A stretch of DNA of 64,000 nt, from the IMG/VR virus record IMGVR_UViG_3300034062_006701; one strand, 5' to 3'. The notes below the pieces were generated by a model. It had not been told where the DNA came from. It ran no database searches and was given only the letters and a program-made list of their open reading frames with translations. The position numbers were made by a program, and so were the translations under genes. How positions within the stretch are numbered: the first letter of the stretch is position 1; the number at the start of each line of letters is the position of its first letter. Below are positions 10,576 to 20,283 of the stretch, in pieces. The DNA comes from a virus (lineage: Duplodnaviria > Caudoviricetes).

Positions 10576-11547
10576 CTAGAATAGATCGTCTTCAGAAAAA
10601 GATTGATTTTTCTTTGAGTACTCAACTGGACGAGAGCTAAAAAAATCGGTCATGTTGTTGCCATGTAATTCCTCTTCGAACCAGGTCGAAGCTTTTAGTA
10701 ATTCAGTATCAACTTCAAAGGGCTTTTGAAAGCCAATGCCTTCTAATGAATGATTAATTCTGTTCTTGATAAACTCCTTGAGAAGAAGAGCATTGAGATT
10801 CTCCTCGTTGATATCATTTAACATCCAATCAACAATCTTAGCCTCTGCTTTAAAGGCTTCATGAGCTTCGTGAATAATCTTATCTTCAAGCTCTTGATCA
10901 AATAAATCAGGGTATTCTTCTCTAATTGTATTAATTATCTTTGTACCTACAAGCCCGTGAATGTTCTCTTCATTACGAGTGTACTTTACTTGCTGGTCGG
11001 TATCCTTGAGAACGTTCTTAAAACGTGCAAACCAATTAATAACATAGAACTGACTAAAGAGCGATACGTTCTCAATAAGAAGAGTAAAGAGAGCAATAGC
11101 ATAAAGGTACTGCTTCTTTGAATCTTTAAAACAACGTTTAGTATACTTCTTAAGATACTTTACTCGACCCTGGATCCAAGGGAGCTCTAAGTTCTTTTCG
11201 AAGATATCCTCTAATCCAAGAACGGAAAGCAAACGTTCGTAGGCATTATTATGAATGACTTCTGTATTAGCCATAACATAACCGAGATCATAGATAGATG
11301 GATGAGGTAGATTATCACCTAGACGTGCCCAGAATGTCTTAACTGAGACCTCTATCTGACCGATAGCTGAAAGAACCCTGATTACTGCTTCTCTTTCCTG
11401 TTCGGTTAAATTTACTTTAAATTGTTGGACATCAGCCTTAAAGCTAAATTCCTTATCTGTCCAGAAGCCATTGTGCATGGCCTCTATGAATTCTTCTGTC
11501 CAGGGATAGTTATTCGGTTTACGTGAGATTTGTTCGTTGAAAATCAT
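10576..11547 (-). CDS. nrdB: Ribonucleotide reductase class Ia beta subunit
   Basis: EVIHNNAY, IENVSLFSQF and RNEENIH di-iron motifs; C-terminal DFF...EY. Confidence 0.97.
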   Translation of the reverse strand: MIFNEQISRKPNNYPWTEEFIEAMHNGFWTDKEFSFKADVQQFKVNLTEQEREAVIRVLSAIGQIEVSVKTFWARLGDNLPHPSIYDLGYVMANTEVIHNNAYERLLSVLGLEDIFEKNLELPWIQGRVKYLKKYTKRCFKDSKKQYLYAIALFTLLIENVSLFSQFYVINWFARFKNVLKDTDQQVKYTRNEENIHGLVGTKIINTIREEYPDLFDQELEDKIIHEAHEAFKAEAKIVDWMLNDINEENLNALLLKEFIKNRINHSLEGIGFQKPFEVDTELLKASTWFEEELHGNNMTDFFSSRPVEYSKKNQSFSEDDLF

Positions 11548-11706
11548 GGCTTTGGTCGAGTTTATTTATTATTGTTTTACAAGGCATCTTACATCAAAAG
11601 AGAAACTTTTGTTGTAAAATCTACATCAATAATAGCCTAAATACCAGCTAAAGCAATTATTTTTTACGAATAAAAAAATAGCTATAACTAATTTATAATA
11701 ATGTAT

Positions 11707-11949
11707 TTAAACGAATCGAATATTCCCAGAATTAATAAGCTCTTTAGCTCTTTGAAGAGCTGATTCGTTTGTCCAGATTCCTGCTTCTTCGTATTCTACT
11801 GGTCCATACCAGAGGTAGATATCTCTTCCTAAAGCAGGTATTGTTGTCCAGATTGTCTGACTTGACGAGCTATCGATAACCTTCTCTAGCATAAGAGAAT
11901 TTGTATCTATATCGACTGTCTGTTCGGGTTGTAGTATAATTGTTGCCAT
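11707..11949 (-). CDS. Small late protein, paralog of 16971..17210
   Basis: Shared W.G..EY..AG.WTNE..L..A.E..NSGN.RF motif. Confidence 0.7.
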   Translation of the reverse strand: MATIILQPEQTVDIDTNSLMLEKVIDSSSSQTIWTTIPALGRDIYLWYGPVEYEEAGIWTNESALQRAKELINSGNIRFV

Positions 11950-11957
11950 AATAGTAT

Positions 11958-14900
11958 TTAGTTAATCTTAAAGACTTCAACCTTTGTCCAAGCTCCATCA
12001 GATGTACCTATAATACTTTGAGCAGCATTGCTTGAATAGGCTATAAATTCAAGGTAATCAGTCGTACCATTAAGGAAGGCAATATCTGCTGTATTCTGTG
12101 TTGTGTTAACATTAGAGTCACTAATAGGTTGCTGAGCTAGAGCCACCGATGTATCATTTCTTCTAATTTGAATGTTATTTTGATTACCTGAACCTGAAGT
12201 GCCACCGACCCAGGCTACTTGATAATCAACATGATAATAACCAGGGATGGTTGGTGTAAGTCTGCGGGTGCTTCTATCAAACCAATTATTTGGATCATTT
12301 AAAGGATCGAGAGTTACAGTAGTATCAGAAGCGTTATTAGCTGTTTGATTTGCTGTTAAAGATAAAGTGACAACGTAGTTTGTATTTGATTCAATATTTC
12401 CTTGAACCGATAAGTTATTAACGTATGTGTAATTTGCTTTAGATGCACTTAAACTTGATCCTAAGATAAAGGTATTAGCAAATCCCTTTGTATTATTAGC
12501 AGACCCACCAGCAACGAATGAGTAGTTACCAGATGCTGTATTACAGAAACCACCAACGATAACGGAGAAACCACTAGATACAAGATTTCTACAACCTGCA
12601 CCTATGAAAATACATCCGCCAGAAGCTATATTATTTCTCCCGCCAATAACTGTTGAGGCACCACCACTTGTGATACAATTTGTATAACCTGAAACAGTAT
12701 TTCTGCTACCGCCACATATTGCATTACCACTTCCGCCTAAAATCGTATTAACATCATTTGCAGGCGAATTGACTGTGTTAAAAAGCCCTCCTAAAATAGA
12801 GTGATAACTGCCTGCACATATTCTATTTGTGAGACCACCGACAATGTTATTATAGTTGCCTGTACTTATTGTATTTGTGATACCACCGACAATGTTATTA
12901 TAACTTCCTGTACTTATTGTATTTGTGTCTCCACCTCCAACAAAGCTAAAGCTACCAAATGATGTATTTCTAAAACCACTTCCCACAAAATTATAACAAC
13001 CGGACGCTGTATTTAAAATACCTCCGCCAATAAAACTGTTTCGCCCGCCGATGTTTAAGCATCTATCATAAACAAAGATACTACAAGCACTCAATCCTGT
13101 TCTGCATGCACTATAGTCTTCATTAATAATAATGCAGTTCGCAGCATTCGTAACGACATTGGCTGTAGTAAAACATGCTGATGATAGGGTACTATTAGCT
13201 GTACCTGATGTCATCCACATTAAGGATACTGCTCCTGTTGTACCTGATGCACTAAAGCACGATCCGATGCCTGTAGCTATTAAAGCTGTATTAGTTCCAT
13301 TACCTGATAGGTTAGCACCAAAAGTGATATTAGCTGGAGTAAAGCCACCAGTATGGTTAAAAGAACCACCAACAATACTAGAATTAAAGAGAGGGTTATG
13401 ATTGAATTTACCACCGGCGATAGTTGAGAAAGCACCTAATACAGTATTACATAAACCACCTGCTATATTTGAATAGTTTCCAGAAGCCGTTTGTCTATAA
13501 CCCCCTGAAATCGTAGTACGAGCTCCGCATGTTGTATTTGCATGTCCGAGAACTACGTTAACACTTCCGCATGCTCTATTTGATGCTCCCATTGCAACAC
13601 CAATATTTCCAATGACCTGATTCAGATATCCTGATGCGGTTCCAGCAGCACCACCAGTGCAAATAATATTACCTCTCCCGCCTAGTATACTTGCACAGTT
13701 AGCAATAACAGTATTAGCACAACCGCCTACTATAACAGAACAGCTACCAGTTACTGTATTACTTGCACCTCCACCGATAAAACTATAGCGCCCTGAAGCT
13801 GTATTAAGTTTACCACCAGCTATAGTATTAACGTACCCTGTCTGGTTTATTGTTCTGTCATAAACATATACAGATGTAGCACTAAGACCAGATGAGGTAC
13901 AAGTACTATAATCATTATTAACTACAATAAAGTTAGTACCAGTTGCTGCAATTGTAGCTGTTGTAAATATACCAGAGCTTAGAGGTACAGTAGGTGTAGC
14001 ATAGTATAGAGAAACATTACCAGTAGTAAAAGGAAAAGAGAAACAGCTTTGGATACCAGTACCAGTTAATCTGGTCTGGGTACCATTACCTGAAATTGAT
14101 GCTGTTGTGATATTAAAAGGAGCAAATCCACCGGTATGATTAGCAACGCCTCCACCAATAATTGAGTCTCGAAGAGGGTTAAAGTTACCGAGACCGCCAA
14201 CGATAATAGAATAGGCTGAAGAAGCTGTAATAGCATTACAACTACCTCCAGCGATATTGCTAGGTGCGGCTAATGCACAATTCTGCAGACCTCCGCCTAC
14301 AGAGCTGCAATTACCAATAGCACAATTTGAATTACCAGCAGCTACAATTGATGCTCTACCTTGAGCTAAATTAGATAAACCACCAACAACATTAGCAAAT
14401 GTACCAACAGAAGCAGTGTTGTTTCTACCTCCTACAACTACATTATAAGCAGCTGAAGCTGTATTACAACATCCACCGTTTATAGAGCTATAATTACCCG
14501 AAGCTGTATTCTTATTACCACCAACAGCTACAGCATAGTTACCTGTAGCTCTATTTCCTGAACCAGCGCCTACAAATGTTGCATAGCCTGTTGCACGTGA
14601 ACTAAAACCGCCAACGATTGATGAATAGGTTCCAGATGCTATATTACAATCACCTCCTAAGACACCAGAGAATATACCAGAAGCTATATTATCACCTAAA
14701 ACTGTATCAATTGATGACGTTAAAGAAACAATTGTAAAGGGATTAGTTGAAACTGCTTGATACGCTGTATTCCATTGATCTGAATTTCCGTCTCCTTGTA
14801 TGTAAATCTTGCCACTCGTCGTGATATCCGACGTCGCTGATATTTCACCGACTACAGTTAATGTCTTATTAGGTGTACTCGTCTTAACACCTACATTAGG

Positions 14901-16877
14901 ATGCGAACCATTATTACCACCAACATGAAGTACTTCAATACCTTGATCCAAATCATAGAATGAAGCAATGTCACCATCTCCATTGTTACCAATATATAAT
15001 GCAGGACCACTCCCTATGTGAACAACGCTCAAAGCACTTGTAACAGAAAAGACAGTGTTTGCAAACGTTGTAGTGCCTGTCGCTGTCAAGTTACCAAAGA
15101 CAGTTAAATTATTATTGATTCTTACAGGACCTGAAACTAAGCCACCAGTGAGATTGAGAAAGTTACTATCTACATAGTTTGTTGTAGCATATAATGCAGA
15201 ATTGCTAGCGTATACAGTAGAGATATTATATGCAGTATCCCAATTAGCACTCGTACTAATAACAAGAGCATTAACGTTAGGGTTACCAGCACCGCCTCCG
15301 CTCCCAGATAGAATATTAAATAAACTAACGCCACCAGAGAGATATTGACCGGTAACGTTCAGATCGCCATTCATCGTACCGCCATTAGCGTATTGTACAG
15401 CATTTGAACCACCACCGCCTCCGAGGTCAAGAATGCGTCTAGCGTACGACATGACCTCTTCTGATACCTTAGCTACCTTAGCGTCTGTATATTTTCTTGC
15501 GTCATCAACTAGTAACTGGACGTTCTTCTTCTCAGTGACAAAAGATTGTATTCTCTTGTTTATATCTTTAATGGTGGTGTTGAGCTCGGGGAGCTTTCCG
15601 TCTACTTCGCTCTTAAATTTATCAATTGAATACCCGACAGTGTTGAGTTTATCTGTTATTGTATTGTTTAAATTCTGCTTATGTTCATCAAGTAATACAG
15701 TTACAGCCTTATTTAACTCCTCTGTCTTTTCGTTAAAGATCCTTGAGGCTGTCTCCGTAGAGGAGGTTTTAAACTCACGAGACAGGTTGTTTTTATATTC
15801 AGCTAAATCTGTAGCTACCTTTTCACTAAATTGATCCTGTAAAATACCAGCTCTATTTACAAGAAGCACATCAACATTATCATTGTTTAAAGTTATTTTT
15901 TCAGTAACAATAACATCAAGTGACTTAGTTATCGTATCAATCTCTGAACCGATATTACGCTTATGCTCTTCTAGTTCTGTAATGATTTTTTCTGTAAAAA
16001 CAGCTTCAAGCTCAGAAGCACGTTCAAGAAGTAGCTTATCATTCTCAACAGAGGCCTGCTCTAATCTCTCTGCTAGAAGAGAATTAATGCTACTCTTAAT
16101 CTCATTTACTTGATTATCCTGATATTTCTTAACTTCCTCCAGATTGGCAGAAGATAGTGTTTCAAGATATTTACCGACATTAATTTGCTGATCATCAAAC
16201 TGTCCTTGTATAGATGCAACAGCTTCGTTAATTGCTTGCTCAAGAAGCTCTTTCTGTTGTTCACTAATACGAAAGGTTTCATGTAATAACTCTGACTTAT
16301 AATCCTCAAGCGTTTTTTGTATTCTACGATCATCCTCTAACACTATACGCTCTCTATTCAATCGCTGTACTTCAGCCTTAATTCTTGCTTGCTCCTCAAT
16401 AAGATGTGCTTCATATGATTTAACCCTTTCTACATATTCGCTAACATCTTCTGATACAGGTATTATCTGAAGATCATCAATCGAGTCCTCTATATTCTTT
16501 TCGTTACCGATAGTTACATCATAACTCTCTTCGATGAAATTAGGTAGTGTTGTGTGTTCGCTTATTGACGAATAAGAACCGAGTAAAGAGAGATTAATGG
16601 TTGATTGAGGTAGCTCTTTACTGCCTTCAACAGTGACGAGCTTAAAGCGGACACTAGGGTAAACACGACCATCAGGGAGCTGGATATCAGTCTCTAAATA
16701 GTTGTTGGTTGATTCTTGTATGTAGCTATGAATAAACTCATTATCCTTTGTAGAGATAATAGATACATTATCGAGACTCTCTTCGAGAGGTCGACAGAAT
16801 ATAACATTTTCAATACTCGAACTCTCGATAAAGGAACACGATATTCGATTATCAATGACTATATCAATAAGCTGCAC
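11958..16877 (-). CDS. Large fibre protein: acidic coiled-coil N-half, GG-repeat fibre, C-terminal C1q/TNF-like beta domain
   Basis: Heptad-rich aa ~150-490; GGxxN repeats; FANTFILG cassette; TPTIPGYYHVDYQVAW; GTG start after CATAAATA. Confidence 0.75.
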   Translation of the reverse strand: MQLIDIVIDNRISCSFIESSSIENVIFCRPLEESLDNVSIISTKDNEFIHSYIQESTNNYLETDIQLPDGRVYPSVRFKLVTVEGSKELPQSTINLSLLGSYSSISEHTTLPNFIEESYDVTIGNEKNIEDSIDDLQIIPVSEDVSEYVERVKSYEAHLIEEQARIKAEVQRLNRERIVLEDDRRIQKTLEDYKSELLHETFRISEQQKELLEQAINEAVASIQGQFDDQQINVGKYLETLSSANLEEVKKYQDNQVNEIKSSINSLLAERLEQASVENDKLLLERASELEAVFTEKIITELEEHKRNIGSEIDTITKSLDVIVTEKITLNNDNVDVLLVNRAGILQDQFSEKVATDLAEYKNNLSREFKTSSTETASRIFNEKTEELNKAVTVLLDEHKQNLNNTITDKLNTVGYSIDKFKSEVDGKLPELNTTIKDINKRIQSFVTEKKNVQLLVDDARKYTDAKVAKVSEEVMSYARRILDLGGGGGSNAVQYANGGTMNGDLNVTGQYLSGGVSLFNILSGSGGGAGNPNVNALVISTSANWDTAYNISTVYASNSALYATTNYVDSNFLNLTGGLVSGPVRINNNLTVFGNLTATGTTTFANTVFSVTSALSVVHIGSGPALYIGNNGDGDIASFYDLDQGIEVLHVGGNNGSHPNVGVKTSTPNKTLTVVGEISATSDITTSGKIYIQGDGNSDQWNTAYQAVSTNPFTIVSLTSSIDTVLGDNIASGIFSGVLGGDCNIASGTYSSIVGGFSSRATGYATFVGAGSGNRATGNYAVAVGGNKNTASGNYSSINGGCCNTASAAYNVVVGGRNNTASVGTFANVVGGLSNLAQGRASIVAAGNSNCAIGNCSSVGGGLQNCALAAPSNIAGGSCNAITASSAYSIIVGGLGNFNPLRDSIIGGGVANHTGGFAPFNITTASISGNGTQTRLTGTGIQSCFSFPFTTGNVSLYYATPTVPLSSGIFTTATIAATGTNFIVVNNDYSTCTSSGLSATSVYVYDRTINQTGYVNTIAGGKLNTASGRYSFIGGGASNTVTGSCSVIVGGCANTVIANCASILGGRGNIICTGGAAGTASGYLNQVIGNIGVAMGASNRACGSVNVVLGHANTTCGARTTISGGYRQTASGNYSNIAGGLCNTVLGAFSTIAGGKFNHNPLFNSSIVGGSFNHTGGFTPANITFGANLSGNGTNTALIATGIGSCFSASGTTGAVSLMWMTSGTANSTLSSACFTTANVVTNAANCIIINEDYSACRTGLSACSIFVYDRCLNIGGRNSFIGGGILNTASGCYNFVGSGFRNTSFGSFSFVGGGDTNTISTGSYNNIVGGITNTISTGNYNNIVGGLTNRICAGSYHSILGGLFNTVNSPANDVNTILGGSGNAICGGSRNTVSGYTNCITSGGASTVIGGRNNIASGGCIFIGAGCRNLVSSGFSVIVGGFCNTASGNYSFVAGGSANNTKGFANTFILGSSLSASKANYTYVNNLSVQGNIESNTNYVVTLSLTANQTANNASDTTVTLDPLNDPNNWFDRSTRRLTPTIPGYYHVDYQVAWVGGTSGSGNQNNIQIRRNDTSVALAQQPISDSNVNTTQNTADIAFLNGTTDYLEFIAYSSNAAQSIIGTSDGAWTKVEVFKIN

Positions 16878-16914
16878 GTGAGTATTTATGCGTTATTAGA
16901 AGTATTCAATCTAT

Positions 16915-16949
16915 AAAAATGGAGAGAGAGCATATATATGCTCTCTCTC
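16915..16949 (-). terminator. Rho-independent terminator
   Basis: GAGAGAGAGC-ATATATAT-GCTCTCTCTC hairpin followed by a U-tract on the minus strand. Confidence 0.8.
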
Positions 16950-16970
16950 GTTGTAGACTCTTAAAGTTTA

Positions 16971-17210
16971 TTAGAGAAATCTAACGTTACCGGAATTTAA
17001 AATTTCAGTAGCTTTACTGAGGACTGTCTCGTTAGTCCAGTTTCCAGCTGCAGTATACTCCTCTTCACCATCCCAAAGGACGACCGGGGAAGGGAGACCC
17101 TTAACTCTTGCAACAATCTTCTTCTCGAGGAAGAGATCTCTTACTGCTAAAACTTCAACTTCATCAATGGTAACGGTTTCTGCCGGTCTAAGTGTAAATG
17201 TAATGCTCAT
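16971..17210 (-). CDS. Small late protein, paralog of 11707..11949
   Basis: See paralog; AATAAATA box upstream. Confidence 0.7.
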   Translation of the reverse strand: MSITFTLRPAETVTIDEVEVLAVRDLFLEKKIVARVKGLPSPVVLWDGEEEYTAAGNWTNETVLSKATEILNSGNVRFL

Positions 17211-17233
17211 ATTGAGTATTTATTGTTTAAAAA

Positions 17234-17581
17234 TTATAATACTACAGAAATCAATTGATTTCTATTGGATAATTTTGTATATCCTGCTTTATTGTAAAAC
17301 ACTACATCAACTATACCGGTACCTGAAAGAGCGAATCCTGGTATAGTTACGCGTAAATTGTTGTTATCGATTGCTGCAAAGTATTTTTGTGGTAGATTAT
17401 AACCAGAAAATGGTGGACAAAAGCTTGATACCACTCTGTTTGTGGTAAATGTATTTACCGCTGTTAGACTTGGAAATCTAACAGTTCCAGAGCTTAAAAA
17501 AACATTTAATGTATAATTATACTGATAACCTTGTACATTAAGATAAGCGGTAGTGAGAGGTGATAATGTTATGAATTCCAC
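17234..17581 (-). CDS. Hypothetical late (possibly structural) protein
   Basis: GTG start 5 nt after AATAAATA; beta-rich composition. Confidence 0.6.
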   Translation of the reverse strand: MEFITLSPLTTAYLNVQGYQYNYTLNVFLSSGTVRFPSLTAVNTFTTNRVVSSFCPPFSGYNLPQKYFAAIDNNNLRVTIPGFALSGTGIVDVVFYNKAGYTKLSNRNQLISVVL

Positions 17582-17611
17582 GATATTATTTATTAATATC
17601 GAGTAGGTACA

Positions 17612-17845
17612 TTAAATCTTAACCACCATACCTTCATCTGAATTCCAGCGATGAAATGGGTTTGTGTATTTACTAGGTTTTTTCTTAGGCTTGGAATTTA
17701 CGACACGGTATGGGTTCTCTGCTGTATAGTGCCATGAATACGTTTTTAAATGCTTAGAGACTTCCGACATTGTTTTAAAGGACAAACCAGGAAAAGAATC
17801 CCACGCACGCCCTGTCCACCTCTCAACGACAAATCTCATCGACAT
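17612..17845 (-). CDS. Hypothetical protein
   Basis: Start reassigned to ATG 17845 (MSMRFVVERW) to avoid overlap. Confidence 0.55.
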   Translation of the reverse strand: MSMRFVVERWTGRAWDSFPGLSFKTMSEVSKHLKTYSWHYTAENPYRVVNSKPKKKPSKYTNPFHRWNSDEGMVVKI

Positions 17846-17846
17846 T

Positions 17847-18056
17847 TTAATTATTCTTTTTATTTTGCCAATGCGTTGCACCTCTCCACGTGAAATACAA
17901 AAACGACATAGCTCCCCAGTTAGTAAGGCTGTAAGCAATATGTAGATTGAACAGTGTATTTAAAGACCAGATAACACAGAGTGGAATAAAAATTATAAGT
18001 GCGAGAGCAATTATACATACGGTGAGTAAGCTAATAATTTTACTAATCATATCCAT
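17847..18056 (-). CDS. Small membrane protein
   Basis: Two hydrophobic segments. Confidence 0.65.
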   Translation of the reverse strand: MDMISKIISLLTVCIIALALIIFIPLCVIWSLNTLFNLHIAYSLTNWGAMSFLYFTWRGATHWQNKKNN

Positions 18057-18094
18057 ATGATAATTTTAAGAAATTAAAATGCAAGCTTAAAAAA

Positions 18095-18170
18095 TGGTGG
18101 AGCATGTCGGGATCAAACCGACGACCTGAAGCTTGCAAAGCTACCGCTCTATCAACTGAGCTAATGCCCC
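18095..18170 (-). tRNA. trnA: tRNA-Ala(UGC)
   Basis: GGGGCAT acceptor with G3-U70; loop TT-TGC-AA; CCA encoded. Confidence 0.95.
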
Positions 18171-18177
18171 ATTAAAA

Positions 18178-18251
18178 TGGTAGGAGATGACGGTAACGCT
18201 CCGCCGAATCCTGAGTGTAAATCAGGTGTTTTACTTTTAAACTAATCTCCC
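18178..18251 (-). tRNA. trnV: tRNA-Val(UAC) with atypical D and T loops
   Basis: CCTGA-TTTACAC-TCAGG anticodon arm; CCA encoded; T-loop AGCGTTA. Confidence 0.85.
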
Positions 18252-18313
18252 TTATTTGTCTTTAGTATATAGACAGAAAGATAGAAAATCAAGATTGTAA
18301 TAATTCGAACTTT

Positions 18314-18386
18314 TGCCTGTAGTAGGATTCGAACCTACCCTTGATGGCTTCTAAGACCATTGCCTCTTCCGCTGGGCTATACAGGC
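18314..18386 (-). tRNA. trnL: tRNA-Leu(UAG) with short variable loop
   Basis: ATGGT-CTTAGAA-GCCAT; A73; no CCA. Confidence 0.85.
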
Positions 18387-18393
18387 TTAAAAA

Positions 18394-18470
18394 TGGTACA
18401 ACCGGAGGGACTTGAACCCCCATAAGCCGAGGTAGAAGCTCGGTACTTTATCCAGTTAAGTTACGGTTGC
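18394..18470 (-). tRNA. trnR: tRNA-Arg(UCU)
   Basis: CCGAG-CTTCTAC-CTCGG; CCA encoded. Confidence 0.95.
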
Positions 18471-18493
18471 ATAAAAACCTATTATATAACCCC

Positions 18494-18700
18494 CTACGAT
18501 TTAAACAAGTCAAAAATTCCTTTTCTTTTATCAATTTCTTGAATAAAACCTTCGTCTTCGAGATAGTTCCTCAATGAGGCATAATGCTGTTCATCTATAG
18601 GTCCCCAGCCTTCAATCGTAACGTTCGTACCTACAACGTCGCACTTATATGGCTTGCCAAGAAATTGAATGTAGACGGTGTAATCGTTGTGTTGCTTCAC
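18494..18700 (-). CDS. Hypothetical protein
   Basis: ORF track. Confidence 0.6.
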   Translation of the reverse strand: MKQHNDYTVYIQFLGKPYKCDVVGTNVTIEGWGPIDEQHYASLRNYLEDEGFIQEIDKRKGIFDLFKS

Positions 18701-18964
18701 TTATAGAGTTGTAGAATAAGAAACTATAGAATCATGTCTAAACGATCGCCAAGCAGCCTTTTCCAGGTCCCAGACTGCGATACTTTCATCGTTCTGCTTC
18801 TTTTCCTTCTTAACCTCATCATCTTCCTTCTTTTCAATAACAGGAAGAAGTGACGGATTAAGTGTACAGAGCATGGTACGCACTGTACCGTCCTTCTTAG
18901 TGAAACAGACAGTAAGTGTATTTTCGTGAAGAAGCTTCTTAAGATGTTCTTTATCGTGAATCAT
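18701..18964 (-). CDS. WYL-like/DUF2693-type SH3 beta-barrel phage protein
   Basis: VCFTKKDGTVRTMLCTL...VWDLEKAAWRSFR; start reassigned to ATG 18964. Confidence 0.75.
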   Translation of the reverse strand: MIHDKEHLKKLLHENTLTVCFTKKDGTVRTMLCTLNPSLLPVIEKKEDDEVKKEKKQNDESIAVWDLEKAAWRSFRHDSIVSYSTTL

Positions 18965-18968
18965 AAGG

Positions 18969-19307
18969 TTACTTCTTAGTCCAGGAACGAATACCAGCTG
19001 TCCATGCCTTACAGCCCTTTTCGTTATTAAATTTAGTTGCATTGCCCCACGTGCTATTAGGATCGAGAGCCTTAAGCTTGTAATTTACAATAGGCCAGAT
19101 TTTATTAAAACGTAGCTTTTGTCCAAAGTACTTGTAGCTATGACCGAGACCATACTCAGTATCGTTATAATAAGCAGGCGGTAGATAGTCTTCATTAGGG
19201 AAAAGAACCTTGAATGTCTTTTCAATAATATTATCGATCTCAAATTTATTATGAAGCTCAGATCGATTGTAGAACTTCTTCCAGGTTGTTGGTGTTCTTT
19301 TTTTCAT
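18969..19307 (-). CDS. Hypothetical protein
   Basis: Start reassigned to ATG 19307 (MKKRTP). Confidence 0.6.
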   Translation of the reverse strand: MKKRTPTTWKKFYNRSELHNKFEIDNIIEKTFKVLFPNEDYLPPAYYNDTEYGLGHSYKYFGQKLRFNKIWPIVNYKLKALDPNSTWGNATKFNNEKGCKAWTAGIRSWTKK

Positions 19308-19311
19308 ATTT

Positions 19312-19467
19312 TTATTTCCGCTTCCTACCGGCATCACTACGCTGGGCACGGCTCTTCTGTCCGAACATACGCTGACGAGCTGCGGTAGCTTTTTGTTCTT
19401 TAGCTGCAAAGCTGTTCTTTGAGGTTGTAGCACCCCACACCTTAATTATTTTGTTTTTTGTTGTCAT
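19312..19467 (-). CDS. Small basic protein (51 aa)
   Basis: Hand translation MTTKNKIIKVWG...GRKRK. Confidence 0.55.
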   Translation of the reverse strand: MTTKNKIIKVWGATTSKNSFAAKEQKATAARQRMFGQKSRAQRSDAGRKRK

Positions 19468-19479
19468 AGAATGTTAATA

Positions 19480-19567
19480 TGGTAGTGCGGGTGGGATTCG
19501 AACCCACAATGTTTCTAATGTAAGGGATTTTAAGTCCCTTGCGTTTCACCAATTTCGCCACCGCACC
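19480..19567 (-). tRNA. trnL: tRNA-Leu(UAA)
   Basis: AGGGA-CTTAAAA-TCCCT; long variable arm; CCA encoded. Confidence 0.95.
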
Positions 19568-19641
19568 ATATTTTTAAAAGTTATTCATACCTCCAAATTA
19601 GATCTATATAATATATCTTATTATACTGGAACGCAAGCATT

Positions 19642-19818
19642 TTATAGAGCTTCCAAAGCCTTCTTATAGTCATCTCGTTCAATAAGAGCGTGTCCATAAG
19701 CTTCAGCAAGTTCTACCAACTGCTTATCTTTGTACTTGATCTGATCTTCAAGTACTTTAATATGAAGATTCTTCTCTTTTAGAATATATTCGTACTCAGC
19801 TTGAATAGGAGTTGTCAT
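19642..19818 (-). CDS. Small coiled-coil protein (58 aa)
   Basis: Hand translation MTTPIQAEYEY... Confidence 0.55.
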   Translation of the reverse strand: MTTPIQAEYEYILKEKNLHIKVLEDQIKYKDKQLVELAEAYGHALIERDDYKKALEAL

Positions 19819-19821
19819 AAG

Positions 19822-20076
19822 CTATTGTGGAAGAGGAGGGCTAATAACAAAGATCTGATTGGTTTCAGTATCCAAAGCCTTAGCAACCCAATCATTTGGA
19901 TCAGCTTTGAATTCTGAGAATTGAGATATAGCCGAAAGAAGAGGTTGATTCCAGCTTACAACACTATCATATTCTTCTTTTGACCACTTCTTAGCATCAT
20001 CCATCTTAATAGGAATCATCAATCCTTCTAGGATATCGATGACCTCTTGGTTGTCCCATCCATTACGCTTAAGCAT
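19822..20076 (-). CDS. Hypothetical protein
   Basis: ORF track. Confidence 0.6.
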   Translation of the reverse strand: MLKRNGWDNQEVIDILEGLMIPIKMDDAKKWSKEEYDSVVSWNQPLLSAISQFSEFKADPNDWVAKALDTETNQIFVISPPLPQ

Positions 20077-20278
20077 TGATTGTCTCCTTAACTAGTTCAA
20101 TAATGTCTGGGTTATGAATATGAGGTCCAAGATGGTAATCGGAGAAGACAAAGTATTGGTCTCCAGCTGCCGATCGAATCCTATTAACCTTATACCTGCC
20201 TTCATAAGCTCCTTTAAGCTCAACCTTATAGGTAGTTACATCAGCCCTATAAGCATCTGTAATTGTGAATGTACTCAT
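20069..20278 (-). CDS. Hypothetical protein
   Basis: ORF track. Confidence 0.6.
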   Translation of the reverse strand: MSTFTITDAYRADVTTYKVELKGAYEGRYKVNRIRSAAGDQYFVFSDYHLGPHIHNPDIIELVKETINA

Positions 20279-20283
20279 ATGTT

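Noticed and set aside
18314-18386. TAG anticodon read as an amber suppressor or sign of recoding
   Set aside because: An amber suppressor needs anticodon CUA; UAG decodes Leu. Genes end normally at TAG (29344) and TGA (52750), so code 11 fits
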